Shown piece after piece: positions 38,992 through 47,688 of a stretch of 64,000 nt of DNA (positions are counted from its first letter, which is position 1; each line of letters begins with the position of its first letter). The DNA is from Opitutales bacterium (GTDB taxonomy: Bacteria; Verrucomicrobiota; Verrucomicrobiia; Opitutales; UBA953), in the NCBI GenBank assembly GCA_016463705.1, contig JAEMQU010000004.1:17812-81811 (forward strand). Reading direction: 5' to 3'. The translations under genes were made by a program, and so were the position numbers. The notes below the pieces were generated by a model that did no database searches, was not told where the DNA came from, and worked only from the letters and a program-made list of their open reading frames with translations.

Positions 38992-39839
38992 TAAATTTCT
39001 CTCCGCCGAAACATTAAACTTCCGATAAATAGGAAGACGACGATGTAACAACTACCAGAGAATAATGCCAAGGTCACGGCGCCATCGGCAACGGATCCGT
39101 GATCCAAGGTTAAGGCGTCGCCGATATTAAACTGCTGTAGATTAGGAATAATATAAGTAGATACACTTAATAATAATTTTGAAAAAAAGTTGAGATCGCC
39201 GGGCTTAAGCAACGTCTCTTGCGCTAACCATTGGAGTTGACCCGCCACGACCAGCATTGAGCCCACAATGACGGTGAAGAGAAATGTCCGGGCCAGTGAA
39301 GCGACCATCAAAATCATTGCAGCGACGACTCCGAGGCGTGCCCACTGCATCCCGGTATAAGAGAATAAGCCCGTAATACTGAGCTCAGGTGGGGCTTTGC
39401 CGACTTCGATCGCCGCCACCGTCAGCTCCTGGCAACGTGCCCATAAAATGATACCCAGGAGCGTGGAAAGCGTGAAAATAAAAACTCCTAGAACTAACCA
39501 TACGCCCATAAATTTTCCGACTAGAAATTCGGTTCGACTCACGGGCTTCGCTAATAACGTCAGTGCGGTGCGATTATCCATCTCGGTGAAAAAGAGTTGA
39601 GCCGACATCACCACCGCGAGCACCGATCCAAATAAGAACATGCCACCAAACCCAAAATCGCAGACAAATTTTAATTCACCGTGTCCGAAATCTAAAAACC
39701 GCAAGGAGACGGAGGAGAGGACCAAGGCTGCTGAAAGTAAAATCAAGAAAGCGAAGAAGCGCTGACGAATGGCTTCTAAAAATGTCAGCCGAGTCATCCA
39801 CGAAATACGGGTTAAGGAGGCTTTCATAAAATTAGGCAT
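38991..39839 (-). CDS. ABC-2 family transporter permease (NosY/COG1277-like)
   Basis: Six predicted hydrophobic spans; 282 aa. Overlaps the ATPase gene by 8 nt. Confidence 0.7.
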   Translation of the reverse strand: MPNFMKASLTRISWMTRLTFLEAIRQRFFAFLILLSAALVLSSVSLRFLDFGHGELKFVCDFGFGGMFLFGSVLAVVMSAQLFFTEMDNRTALTLLAKPVSRTEFLVGKFMGVWLVLGVFIFTLSTLLGIILWARCQELTVAAIEVGKAPPELSITGLFSYTGMQWARLGVVAAMILMVASLARTFLFTVIVGSMLVVAGQLQWLAQETLLKPGDLNFFSKLLLSVSTYIIPNLQQFNIGDALTLDHGSVADGAVTLALFSGSCYIVVFLFIGSLMFRRREI

Positions 39840-40689
39840 CGCGACTCCCCGTCACGAGTTCACGAAATAAATCATCGAGGGAGCGACGTGGGTGAGTGAA
39901 TGAAGTAACTCTTGCTCCGTGTTGAGCTAAGACTTCTTCGGCGGCTCGTCGGGCTTCGGGGGTTAGGTTTTCTACCGTAATAATACTTTGATCACGGCGG
40001 GTTAAGACATCATCCACCCTGCCCTCGAGTACCAGTTTTCCTCGATCCATAATCGCAATCCGATCACAGACCTGCTCGACCTGTCCCAATAAATGCGAAC
40101 AAAGGACAATGGTTTTACCCTTTGCTTTCATGGCTTTTATCATTTGTCCGATGGCCGCTGAGCCCACGGGGTCAACGCCCGCAGTCGGTTCATCGAGAAT
40201 GACTAATTCTGGATCATGTACGATGGCCTGAGCTAATCCAATGCGCTGTAACATGCCTTTAGAATAGGTACCAATAGTTCGGTCACCGGCCTCAGTCATC
40301 GCAGTTAAAGCTAGAGCCTCTTCCACTGCTGGATTTACCGATTCAGATTTTAGACCACTCAAGCGAGCACAGTAAGCCACCAGTTCACGACCCGTGAGGA
40401 ATTTATGAAAATACGGGGCTTCGGGTAAAAATCCGGTGCGCGAACGAGCCGAGCTAGTCGCAAAGGGAAAACCTAGAATGGAAACTTCACCTGCGGTGGG
40501 AGAAACTAATCCCAAAATAATTTTTAAGGTCGTACTCTTTCCGCAGCCGTTCGGACCCAGTAAGCCAAAGACTTGCCCACGCGGAATTTCAAAAGATACA
40601 TTGTCAACGGCTCGAAGTTTTAGGCCGCGTAAGCCAATACGAAAATCTTTGGTTAGTCCTTTAACGGCAATGGCTGGACCGGTATTCAT
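39832..40689 (-). CDS. ABC transporter ATP-binding protein
   Basis: Walker A GPNGCGKST, signature YSKGMLQR, Walker B LVILDEPTAGVD, H-loop CSHLL. Confidence 0.9.
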   Translation of the reverse strand: MNTGPAIAVKGLTKDFRIGLRGLKLRAVDNVSFEIPRGQVFGLLGPNGCGKSTTLKIILGLVSPTAGEVSILGFPFATSSARSRTGFLPEAPYFHKFLTGRELVAYCARLSGLKSESVNPAVEEALALTAMTEAGDRTIGTYSKGMLQRIGLAQAIVHDPELVILDEPTAGVDPVGSAAIGQMIKAMKAKGKTIVLCSHLLGQVEQVCDRIAIMDRGKLVLEGRVDDVLTRRDQSIITVENLTPEARRAAEEVLAQHGARVTSFTHPRRSLDDLFRELVTGSRDA

Positions 40690-40967
40690 TTTTTAATAAT
40701 AAAGTTATTAGTCGTACGAACCCCAGAGAAATTTCTCTGTTCAACGCTTCGGATATGACCGTCCAGCGACTTCTCGATCGTTTCGCACAGTCCATCAATC
40801 TCCTTTTGCGAACCTTCTGCGTGAAGGTAGACTCGACCGTCCGAGATATTTTGCACAAATCCCGTTACGTCATAGCCCCGAGCTATTGTCAGAACTTGGA
40901 CACGGAAACCCACCCCTTGGACGTGTCCAGTGTACCAAACTTCCCGATGGGAGACATGGGTTGACAT
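40686..40967 (-). CDS. acyP: acylphosphatase
   Basis: VQGVGFR motif and GFVQNISDGRVYLHAEG. 93 aa. ATGA overlap with the ABC ATPase gene. Confidence 0.85.
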   Translation of the reverse strand: MSTHVSHREVWYTGHVQGVGFRVQVLTIARGYDVTGFVQNISDGRVYLHAEGSQKEIDGLCETIEKSLDGHIRSVEQRNFSGVRTTNNFIIKK

Positions 40968-41031
40968 TTTGATGGTTTTAAGGACTCTTTCTATTAACTT
41001 AAGTCACGCAATCGCAATATCACACTACACT

Positions 41032-41328
41032 ATGAACCTCCCCCTCGCTCAACTTGATGGTCCTATTGTCTGGGCAATTATCATTGTCGCTGTCCTTCTG
41101 TTCGGTGGCTCCAAAATCCCTGAATTGGCCCGCGGACTTGGTAAAGCGAAACGTGAATTCAAAAAAGCTTCTGAAGATGTCAGTGACGAAGTACGCAATG
41201 TCGTCGATGAAGATGATCGTCGCCAAGCTCGCCTCCGCGCGATCGAGGAAGAGGAACGTGTTAAGATTCGTGCCCGCATTGAACAAGAAGAACGCAACAA
41301 ACGTTCCGGCGACGGCCACAAGAACTAA
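41032..41328 (+). CDS. tatA: twin-arginine translocase TatA/E-family protein with a long charged tail
   Basis: Start at ATG 41032. GPIVWAIIIVAVLLFGGSKIPELARGLGKAKREFKKA is the TatA TM helix, FG hinge and amphipathic helix. The track ORF from 40930 adds a non-homologous leader. Confidence 0.85.
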   Translation: MNLPLAQLDGPIVWAIIIVAVLLFGGSKIPELARGLGKAKREFKKASEDVSDEVRNVVDEDDRRQARLRAIEEEERVKIRARIEQEERNKRSGDGHKN

Positions 41329-41334
41329 TTTCTA

Positions 41335-41358
41335 GGGCCGCCCAACGGCCTTTTTTTT
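41335..41358 (+). terminator. Rho-independent terminator after tatA
   Basis: GGCCG (41336-41340), loop CCCAA, CGGCC (41346-41350), followed by T8 (41351-41358). The stem is short at 5 bp but GC-only with a strong T tract. Confidence 0.6.
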
Positions 41359-41361
41359 GGT

Positions 41362-41952
41362 ATGTTTACTGGACTCGTCCAAGCCGTCGGTGAAATCACT
41401 TCTCTGGAAAAAAAGCCCCAGGGTGGCTGTGTCCTGACGATTCAGAGTCCGGTCCTAAAAAATGTCGTGCTTGGGGAAAGTATCGCGGTGAATGGCTGCT
41501 GTCTCACCGTGGGTGAATTCCAAAACGACAAAGCTAAATTCGTCTTACTCGAAGAAACCTTGAGACTTACTAATTTAGGGGAATTGCAATTGGGTAGTCT
41601 GGTAAATTTGGAGCCCAGTTTAAAGCCCACCGATCGAATGGGCGGACACTTTGTCAGCGGTCATATCGACAGTTGTGGCCTAGTTAAGCACTGGGGGCTC
41701 GATGGAGCCGACTGGAGACTGGAGATTGAGGTAGCCCCTGAACTCCTCCGCTATGTGGTTAAAAAGGGCTGCATCGCCATCGATGGGATGTCTCTTACGG
41801 TGGCGGAAGTTTTACCGAGCGGAGTAAGAATTTGGATCATTCCACACACCTTAGAGGTCACCAATTTGAAATTACGAAAAGTCGGTCAGCGGGTGAATAT
41901 CGAAACGGATCTCTTAGCGAAGTACACTGAGAAACTTTTAGGTAAAAGTTAA
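41362..41952 (+). CDS. ribE: riboflavin synthase
   Basis: MFTGLVQAVGEI N-terminus. Two lumazine-binding repeats (SIAVNGCCLTV and CIAIDGMSLTV). Confidence 0.92.
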   Translation: MFTGLVQAVGEITSLEKKPQGGCVLTIQSPVLKNVVLGESIAVNGCCLTVGEFQNDKAKFVLLEETLRLTNLGELQLGSLVNLEPSLKPTDRMGGHFVSGHIDSCGLVKHWGLDGADWRLEIEVAPELLRYVVKKGCIAIDGMSLTVAEVLPSGVRIWIIPHTLEVTNLKLRKVGQRVNIETDLLAKYTEKLLGKS

Positions 41953-42617
41953 ATTCCCGAAATTTCGTTAAGTCTATTTTGGATACGTAGAGCCACTTCT
42001 TCGTTATCCTCTTCCCGTTGTGGAGGGGGAATAGTTTCAAAGTGGATCTCTACTTTTGAAAATGGAAGAGGAATGGAAAACTGATCCCAGCTTTTCAGTT
42101 TTATCGCGTGGTGGAAATTAATACCAGCAAGTAAAAAGGGACGGCGCGTTAGTTTAGCCAGTACTACAGTGCCAGGCTTGCAAACCCGACGAGGACCCTT
42201 GGGGCCATCCGGCGTTATCCCCGCATTGCGTCCTTCTTGTACATTCCGGGCTAGTTCAATCAAGGCGGACGCCCCTCTTTTACTCGAGGAACCACGCACG
42301 GCGTGTAGACCCATGATTTTAAAAAATCCCACCAACCATCCACCGTCGCGACTAGTACTGATCAACGCAGTGAGTCGACGATCTAAAAAATTTTGGCTAA
42401 TTAATGGCGTGATAAATAGGCGCTCGTGCCAGAGTGTCAAAATCACTGGACCAGCTGCATCAGTCTGAGGTTTAAAATTCGACTGAATACGCAAGGTCGC
42501 CAACCATAGCCGAAAGAAGAGTGCCAAAGGAAAAACCCAAATCCATTGATACCAGGAGACATTCACCGGATTTTCGGGTTGATCGGACGAGGTCGTTGAC
42601 ACTCGAGAACCTAACAA
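41949..42617 (-). CDS. DUF374-domain protein (lysophospholipid acyltransferase-like)
   Basis: LISTSRDGGWLVGFFKIMGLHAVRGSSSKRGASAL...ITPDGPKGPRRVCKPGTVVLA. The start is uncertain: the track start is a TTG codon. Confidence 0.65.
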   Translation of the reverse strand: MLGSRVSTTSSDQPENPVNVSWYQWIWVFPLALFFRLWLATLRIQSNFKPQTDAAGPVILTLWHERLFITPLISQNFLDRRLTALISTSRDGGWLVGFFKIMGLHAVRGSSSKRGASALIELARNVQEGRNAGITPDGPKGPRRVCKPGTVVLAKLTRRPFLLAGINFHHAIKLKSWDQFSIPLPFSKVEIHFETIPPPQREEDNEEVALRIQNRLNEISGI

Positions 42618-42633
42618 CTTTAAATCGGAAAGT

Positions 42634-43179
42634 TCAAACCTTATCCCGCAGGCTCTTTAAAATCTTGTCGCGACTCAAGAGATGAAGGAACGGAGTCGCA
42701 AATAACTCTGGCTCTTGTTGGGTCCAGTGTATGACTTGCTGGGGCGTACGCCAAACCAGCGAATCCACTTCGGGTCGAAAAATTTGCGCAGTGAAATCAC
42801 CTCTTAATAAATAGGAAACGACAAACTCATTGCCGAGATTTTCGTGACAGGGGGCATAGTCTAGTTCCATTAAATCCTGAGAGCCAATCGTGATGCCTAA
42901 TTCCTCTCTGAATTCACGAACGGCCGCCTGGATATATTTTTCGCCGCTATCGACATGTCCAGCACAGGAAGTGCTTAAATGTCCGGGGCTATTGTCTTTA
43001 GCGTAGGATCGGCGTTGCAAACAGAGTTCGCCAGCCTGATTCAGCCAAAAAATATGAACGGCACGGTGCCGGAGATGACGCTTATGAATTTCGCCACGAC
43101 TCAACGGGTGCAAGACGTTGTCATGCTCATCAACGACATCAAAGAGCTCATCGGGCGACTGTCCGTATTCTTTATTCAT
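42634..43179 (-). CDS. NUDIX hydrolase
   Basis: Start at ATG 43179 (MNKEYGQSPDELFDVVDE), overlapping the upstream stop by 8 nt. The Nudix box is GHVDSGEKYIQAAVREFREELGI. Confidence 0.85.
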   Translation of the reverse strand: MNKEYGQSPDELFDVVDEHDNVLHPLSRGEIHKRHLRHRAVHIFWLNQAGELCLQRRSYAKDNSPGHLSTSCAGHVDSGEKYIQAAVREFREELGITIGSQDLMELDYAPCHENLGNEFVVSYLLRGDFTAQIFRPEVDSLVWRTPQQVIHWTQQEPELFATPFLHLLSRDKILKSLRDKV

Positions 43180-43900
43180 GATGTCCAAGGTCCATGATAG
43201 TACTCCAACGCTTGGTGAGTTCGCGGTCGTGCTTTTTCCATTCGGCATCCCACAGCGCCAGCTGATTCCAAAATTTGTCTGAATGATTCATATGTAATCG
43301 ATGAGCCAACTCATGAAGAATGACATGGTCATGAATGAGCGGTGGTAATAAAATGAGCCGCCAATTGAGTGAAAGCGTTCCCGATTGAGAGCAAGAACCC
43401 CAGCGAGTGGTTTGGTCGCGGACACTGACCGCACCCACCGTTACCTTGGTCTTTTTGGCCAACCGGCTCACTGCTAAATTCAATCCAGTTTCTGCCACTT
43501 TGCGTGTCGCGCGCAGTGCTGCTTGTTCTTCAACATCCTTCGGCAAAGTTAAATCGACCGTCTCCGTTTCATGATTAATCTGAACTAAAGTACGTCCTCC
43601 GTTTTTAATTTGCAGAGTCATTATTCGGTCATCGACTGTAACCCAATTAAATTTGGAAAAATGTTTTAAGAGATGCGGCTGGGTGGCCCGGGTCTTACTG
43701 AGTGCCTGCTCTAACCAAGGAATTTGATCATGCAAGAAAGCTAAAACCGCGCGTTGTGCGGTATGCGGCGGATAGGATAAAACAATCTTGGGGCCTGGCT
43801 TAACCGAGAGGCGCACTCGCGTTGAACGCTCGGAGAGTTTGGGCCAAACTTCGACTGCACGCCCCGCGACATGGACAACAATGGGCTGATCCGATGACAT
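43172..43900 (-). CDS. DUF45 / YgjP-like (M48-related) metal-dependent hydrolase
   Basis: C-terminal HEXXH block ILHELAHRLHMNHSDKFW; 242 aa. Confidence 0.75.
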   Translation of the reverse strand: MSSDQPIVVHVAGRAVEVWPKLSERSTRVRLSVKPGPKIVLSYPPHTAQRAVLAFLHDQIPWLEQALSKTRATQPHLLKHFSKFNWVTVDDRIMTLQIKNGGRTLVQINHETETVDLTLPKDVEEQAALRATRKVAETGLNLAVSRLAKKTKVTVGAVSVRDQTTRWGSCSQSGTLSLNWRLILLPPLIHDHVILHELAHRLHMNHSDKFWNQLALWDAEWKKHDRELTKRWSTIMDLGHHE

Positions 43901-43908
43901 GACGCTAC

Positions 43909-44565
43909 TTATTTCGCGTGATGCTTTTCGGCTACGTCTTTTACGTTTTGCGTAAAACGACGCAGGGCCGAATCGGGATCAATACCCGCATTACGACAGG
44001 CTGCAATTAACTCAAAAAGTTTTTTACCAGCCGCCGCTTCAGAGAGTTGCTCTTGGTTGCTCTCGATATTTTTACGGTCCACTAGAGTTCCGGTATCTAA
44101 ATTCTTTTTATGAATCTGTTTCCAGACATCGCGAGCCAGCAAGATTGAGTTAAGTGCCGGAGGTAAGTCTTTGAAAAGCGTGGCGGGACGATCACCCTTC
44201 TCTTTTAATTTAATCTGCTCCCATTGTTGAATGACCGCCGCACTATCACCCAATTTATGACCGTCACCAAAGACGTGGGGGTGGCGCCGAACCATCTTCT
44301 CCGTCACCTCATTGGCGACGTCATTAAAATTAAACTGTCCAGCCTCCGCCGCCATCTGTGAGTGGAGTACGACGTGAAAAAGTAGATCACCTAATTCTTC
44401 GCGAAGATTGGGTACGTCATCATTATCAATGGCCTGTAAGACTTCAGCGACCTCCTCGACTAGGGCATCGCAGATGCTACGGTGAGTCTGTTCGCGGTCC
44501 CAGGGGCACCCATCGGGGGCACGTAGTTTGGCCGTTGTGGTGATTAATCGGTCAATTCCTTGCAT
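43909..44565 (-). CDS. mazG: nucleoside triphosphate pyrophosphohydrolase MazG
   Basis: LRAPDGCPWDREQTHRSI, EEVAEVLQAI, ELGDLLFHVV. Confidence 0.85.
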   Translation of the reverse strand: MQGIDRLITTTAKLRAPDGCPWDREQTHRSICDALVEEVAEVLQAIDNDDVPNLREELGDLLFHVVLHSQMAAEAGQFNFNDVANEVTEKMVRRHPHVFGDGHKLGDSAAVIQQWEQIKLKEKGDRPATLFKDLPPALNSILLARDVWKQIHKKNLDTGTLVDRKNIESNQEQLSEAAAGKKLFELIAACRNAGIDPDSALRRFTQNVKDVAEKHHAK

Positions 44566-44638
44566 GCCACGATGGAGTCAGTTCTGCTCCCGGAGTCAAA
44601 ACGATTGCCAGAATGCTTTTGCTGGTTTCGGTAGAGGA

Positions 44639-45427
44639 ATGGATAAGTTGATCGAGATAATGGACGCCAAGCGTAAGGAAATTGAACCTTACGTGCGTTC
44701 GGTTACGGACCAAGAGTTCGCCCTCTTTGCTGTCCGAAATAAGACAGCTGGTTTTCGCGATGCGCTGAACAACTCGAGTCATCTTACGGTTATCGCAGAA
44801 GTTAAACGGGCCTCGCCGAGTGTTGGGATGATTAAAAGCGATGTAAATGCCGTTGAACAAGCGAGACTCTACGCCCAAGCGGGAGCCGAGTGTCTCTCGG
44901 TTTTAACCGAAACCAAATACTTTAATGGTCAGTTACAGGACTTAATCGACGTGGTAAATGATCAGGCCAAAAGCGCACACCCCCTGCCCTGTATTCGTAA
45001 AGATTTCATGGTGCATACTTTTCAGGTCCTCGAAGCCGCTCAAGCCGGTGCCCGTTGTATTTTAATTATCGTTCGCGGACTGACTGATGAAGAAATTAAG
45101 CCGATCCATGCGGCGGCACAATTGGCGGGACTGGATACTCTGTTCGAAGTACATGATGAATTTGAATTGGAACGCGCCCTTAAACATAATCCCACTATGG
45201 TGGGAGTGAATAATCGCAATCTATCCACTTTCCAAATCGATTTAAGTTTTGCGGAACGAGTGATACCCCAGATGCCCTCCTCCATTCTAAAAGTCGCCGA
45301 GAGCGGAATTAAAACCGCCGAAGACGCTGCCCGCATGCGTAAAGCCGGAGCCAATGCCTTATTAGTGGGAGAATCTTTAATGCGAGCCGAAAACCCTGCT
45401 GCCTTGCTTAAATCATTTCGTGGATAA
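44639..45427 (+). CDS. trpC: indole-3-glycerol phosphate synthase
   Basis: Start at ATG 44639 (MDKLIEIMDAKRKEI). VIAEVKRASPS, LSVLTE, IRKDF, GVNNRNL, ESGI. Confidence 0.9.
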   Translation: MDKLIEIMDAKRKEIEPYVRSVTDQEFALFAVRNKTAGFRDALNNSSHLTVIAEVKRASPSVGMIKSDVNAVEQARLYAQAGAECLSVLTETKYFNGQLQDLIDVVNDQAKSAHPLPCIRKDFMVHTFQVLEAAQAGARCILIIVRGLTDEEIKPIHAAAQLAGLDTLFEVHDEFELERALKHNPTMVGVNNRNLSTFQIDLSFAERVIPQMPSSILKVAESGIKTAEDAARMRKAGANALLVGESLMRAENPAALLKSFRG

Positions 45428-46260
45428 TGAATGATGGCCCTTTATCATTGGGTGAAACGCGTGATCTACTCGCCCAGTTATCACACATGCCCAAGAAATG
45501 GTTAGGACAGAATTTTTTAGTAGATGGAAATATCGTCCGTAAATCTTTAGAACTAGCAGAAATTAAATCGGGTGACTGTGTCTTAGAAGTCGGACCAGGC
45601 TTAGGTACCTTAAGTCGCACCCTCCTCGGAGCTGGCGTCGAGCTGCATGCGATTGAAGCCGATCGCACGATGTTATTTCATTTAGAAGAAACCCTGAAAG
45701 CTCGTTGGCCTAAAACTTTTTTCCTGACGGAAGGTGATGCGGTGGATAAACCATTCGCCGATTTACAAAATCGAGAAGATGGATCTTTCAAAGTCGTGGC
45801 GAATTTGCCTTACGCTATTTCGACACCTTGGATTGATGCAATCTGCGGAGGGCCCCACCCCTCCATCATGGTGCTGATGTTGCAACGTGAAGCGGCGGAA
45901 AGATTAACCGCTGATGTGGGCACCGCCCATTGGTCGGCTGTAACCATTCAAGTAGCATTAGCTTTCGAGAAAATTAAAGTCCATCCAGTCCCCAGCCAGT
46001 CATTTAATCCACCACCTAAAGTGGATTCGTGTCTTTTAGTTTTACGTCGCAGAGATAATCCTCGCCGTTTAAGCCCCAGAGCCAAAGCAGTGGCGCGTGG
46101 ATTATTTACGCAACGTCGCAAGCAGGTCGGCTCGTCGGCCAAGAAGCTTTTTCCCGATCAAGCCGATGTCATTCGCTGGCTAGATCGTTTGTCCGAATTC
46201 GGTCTGACCTCACTAGCCAGACCCCAAGAAATCCCTGCGGAAGCTTGGTTAAGCCTCTAA
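45427..46260 (+). CDS. rsmA: 16S rRNA (adenine1518/1519-N6)-dimethyltransferase
   Basis: TAATG overlap with trpC. KKWLGQNFLVD, VLEVGPGLGTLS, VVANLPYAIS. Confidence 0.9.
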   Translation: MNDGPLSLGETRDLLAQLSHMPKKWLGQNFLVDGNIVRKSLELAEIKSGDCVLEVGPGLGTLSRTLLGAGVELHAIEADRTMLFHLEETLKARWPKTFFLTEGDAVDKPFADLQNREDGSFKVVANLPYAISTPWIDAICGGPHPSIMVLMLQREAAERLTADVGTAHWSAVTIQVALAFEKIKVHPVPSQSFNPPPKVDSCLLVLRRRDNPRRLSPRAKAVARGLFTQRRKQVGSSAKKLFPDQADVIRWLDRLSEFGLTSLARPQEIPAEAWLSL

Positions 46261-46308
46261 ATCGGCTACAAGGTTGCTTTCTCCTAAATCTTTGGTCTTT
46301 GTGTCAGA

Positions 46309-47688
46309 ATGTCTGTAAAAGTAGGTCTCGTATCGCTCGGCTGCGCCAAGAATCTTATCGATTCTGAAATCATGATTGGTCACCTCGCCAAGGCCGGGAT
46401 GTCCATGACCAGTAATGCCGCCGAGGCTGACGTAGTCATCGTGAATACTTGTTCATTTATTGATGCTTCCAAACACGAAGCGTTAGCCGCAATTTACGAA
46501 ATGAGTGACGGTAAGGCAACCGCTCGTAAGAAAAATCAGAAGCTCATTGTCGCCGGTTGTATGTCGCAACGCTACCAAGGTGCCCTCCCCGTCGTCGAAG
46601 GAATCAAAGGCCGCGTGGAATTACCGAAGGTGGATGCCTTTATTGGACTCGATCAAGTGACTAACATCGTACCCGTGATCGAAAAAGTGATGGGCGGTCT
46701 GGCTGGCATGACGGAGTTCCTCTCGAAGGTAACCACATTTATTCCTGATTACGATACACCTCGTTTTCGTCTTACCCCCAAACACTCGGCCTATGTTAAA
46801 ATCGCAGAAGGCTGTAATCACCCTTGCACCTTCTGTATTATTCCACGCATTCGTGGACGTCATCGCAGCCGCACCGTCGAGTCCGTCGTTAAAGAAGCGC
46901 AAAAACTCGTTAGCGAAGGCGTCAAAGAATTAAATTTAATTTCTCAGGATACGACCTACTTCGGCATGGATCGCTGGTCCGAAGAAAGACCTAATCCACG
47001 GAGTAAAGTCGACTCCTCCAAAGGTGAATCACTGGCCTCCTTATTGAGAGAACTCGATACTATCGAAGGCGATTTCTGGGTCCGTTTACTCTACACTCAC
47101 CCAGCTCACTGGAGCGATGAACTCATCGAGACCATCGCAAAATCTAAACACGTCGCTCGTTACGTCGATATCCCCTTACAACATATTTCGGATCGAATGT
47201 TAACCGCCATGCAGCGTGAAACGAGCGGAGATTATATTCGCGATTTAATTAAGAGAATGCGTCAAGGTGCACCTCACATGGCGATTCGCACGACCTTCAT
47301 TGTCGGCTTCCCTGGCGAAACTGAAGAAGATTTTACCGAACTGCTCAAGTTCCTCGAAGACACTCAATTCGACCGCGTAGGTATTTTTAAATACTCGCAA
47401 GAAGAAGGAACCAAGGCCGCTAAAATGGAGGGACATTTATCTCAAGAAATTAAAGAAGATCGTTACGCTCGTGCGATGACTCTCTTACAACGCCTCTCGA
47501 AAGAACGTGGCGAACGCTTTGTCGGTCGTAAAATTCGCGTACTTGTGGAAAAACCCGGGGTGGGTCGCAGCGAAGGTGACGCCATGGATATCGATGGTAT
47601 CGTTAAGATCCCCAAGAAATTCAATGTCGGTGAGTTCGCCGAGGTGACCGTAACCGGCGCCGAAGAATACGACTTAATCGCTAAGTAA
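46309..47688 (+). CDS. rimO: ribosomal protein S12 methylthiotransferase
   Basis: VGLVSLGCAKNLIDSE, radical-SAM CNHPCTFCIIP, C-terminal TRAM domain. Confidence 0.88.
   Translation: MSVKVGLVSLGCAKNLIDSEIMIGHLAKAGMSMTSNAAEADVVIVNTCSFIDASKHEALAAIYEMSDGKATARKKNQKLIVAGCMSQRYQGALPVVEGIKGRVELPKVDAFIGLDQVTNIVPVIEKVMGGLAGMTEFLSKVTTFIPDYDTPRFRLTPKHSAYVKIAEGCNHPCTFCIIPRIRGRHRSRTVESVVKEAQKLVSEGVKELNLISQDTTYFGMDRWSEERPNPRSKVDSSKGESLASLLRELDTIEGDFWVRLLYTHPAHWSDELIETIAKSKHVARYVDIPLQHISDRMLTAMQRETSGDYIRDLIKRMRQGAPHMAIRTTFIVGFPGETEEDFTELLKFLEDTQFDRVGIFKYSQEEGTKAAKMEGHLSQEIKEDRYARAMTLLQRLSKERGERFVGRKIRVLVEKPGVGRSEGDAMDIDGIVKIPKKFNVGEFAEVTVTGAEEYDLIAK

Noticed and set aside
40930-41335. Four overlapping ORFs of 90-132 aa in different frames and strands around tatA.
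   Set aside because: The purine-rich repetitive coding of the charged TatA tail (GAAGA/GAGGA repeats) lacks stops in several frames. Only the frame giving the TatA signature from ATG 41032 is credible.
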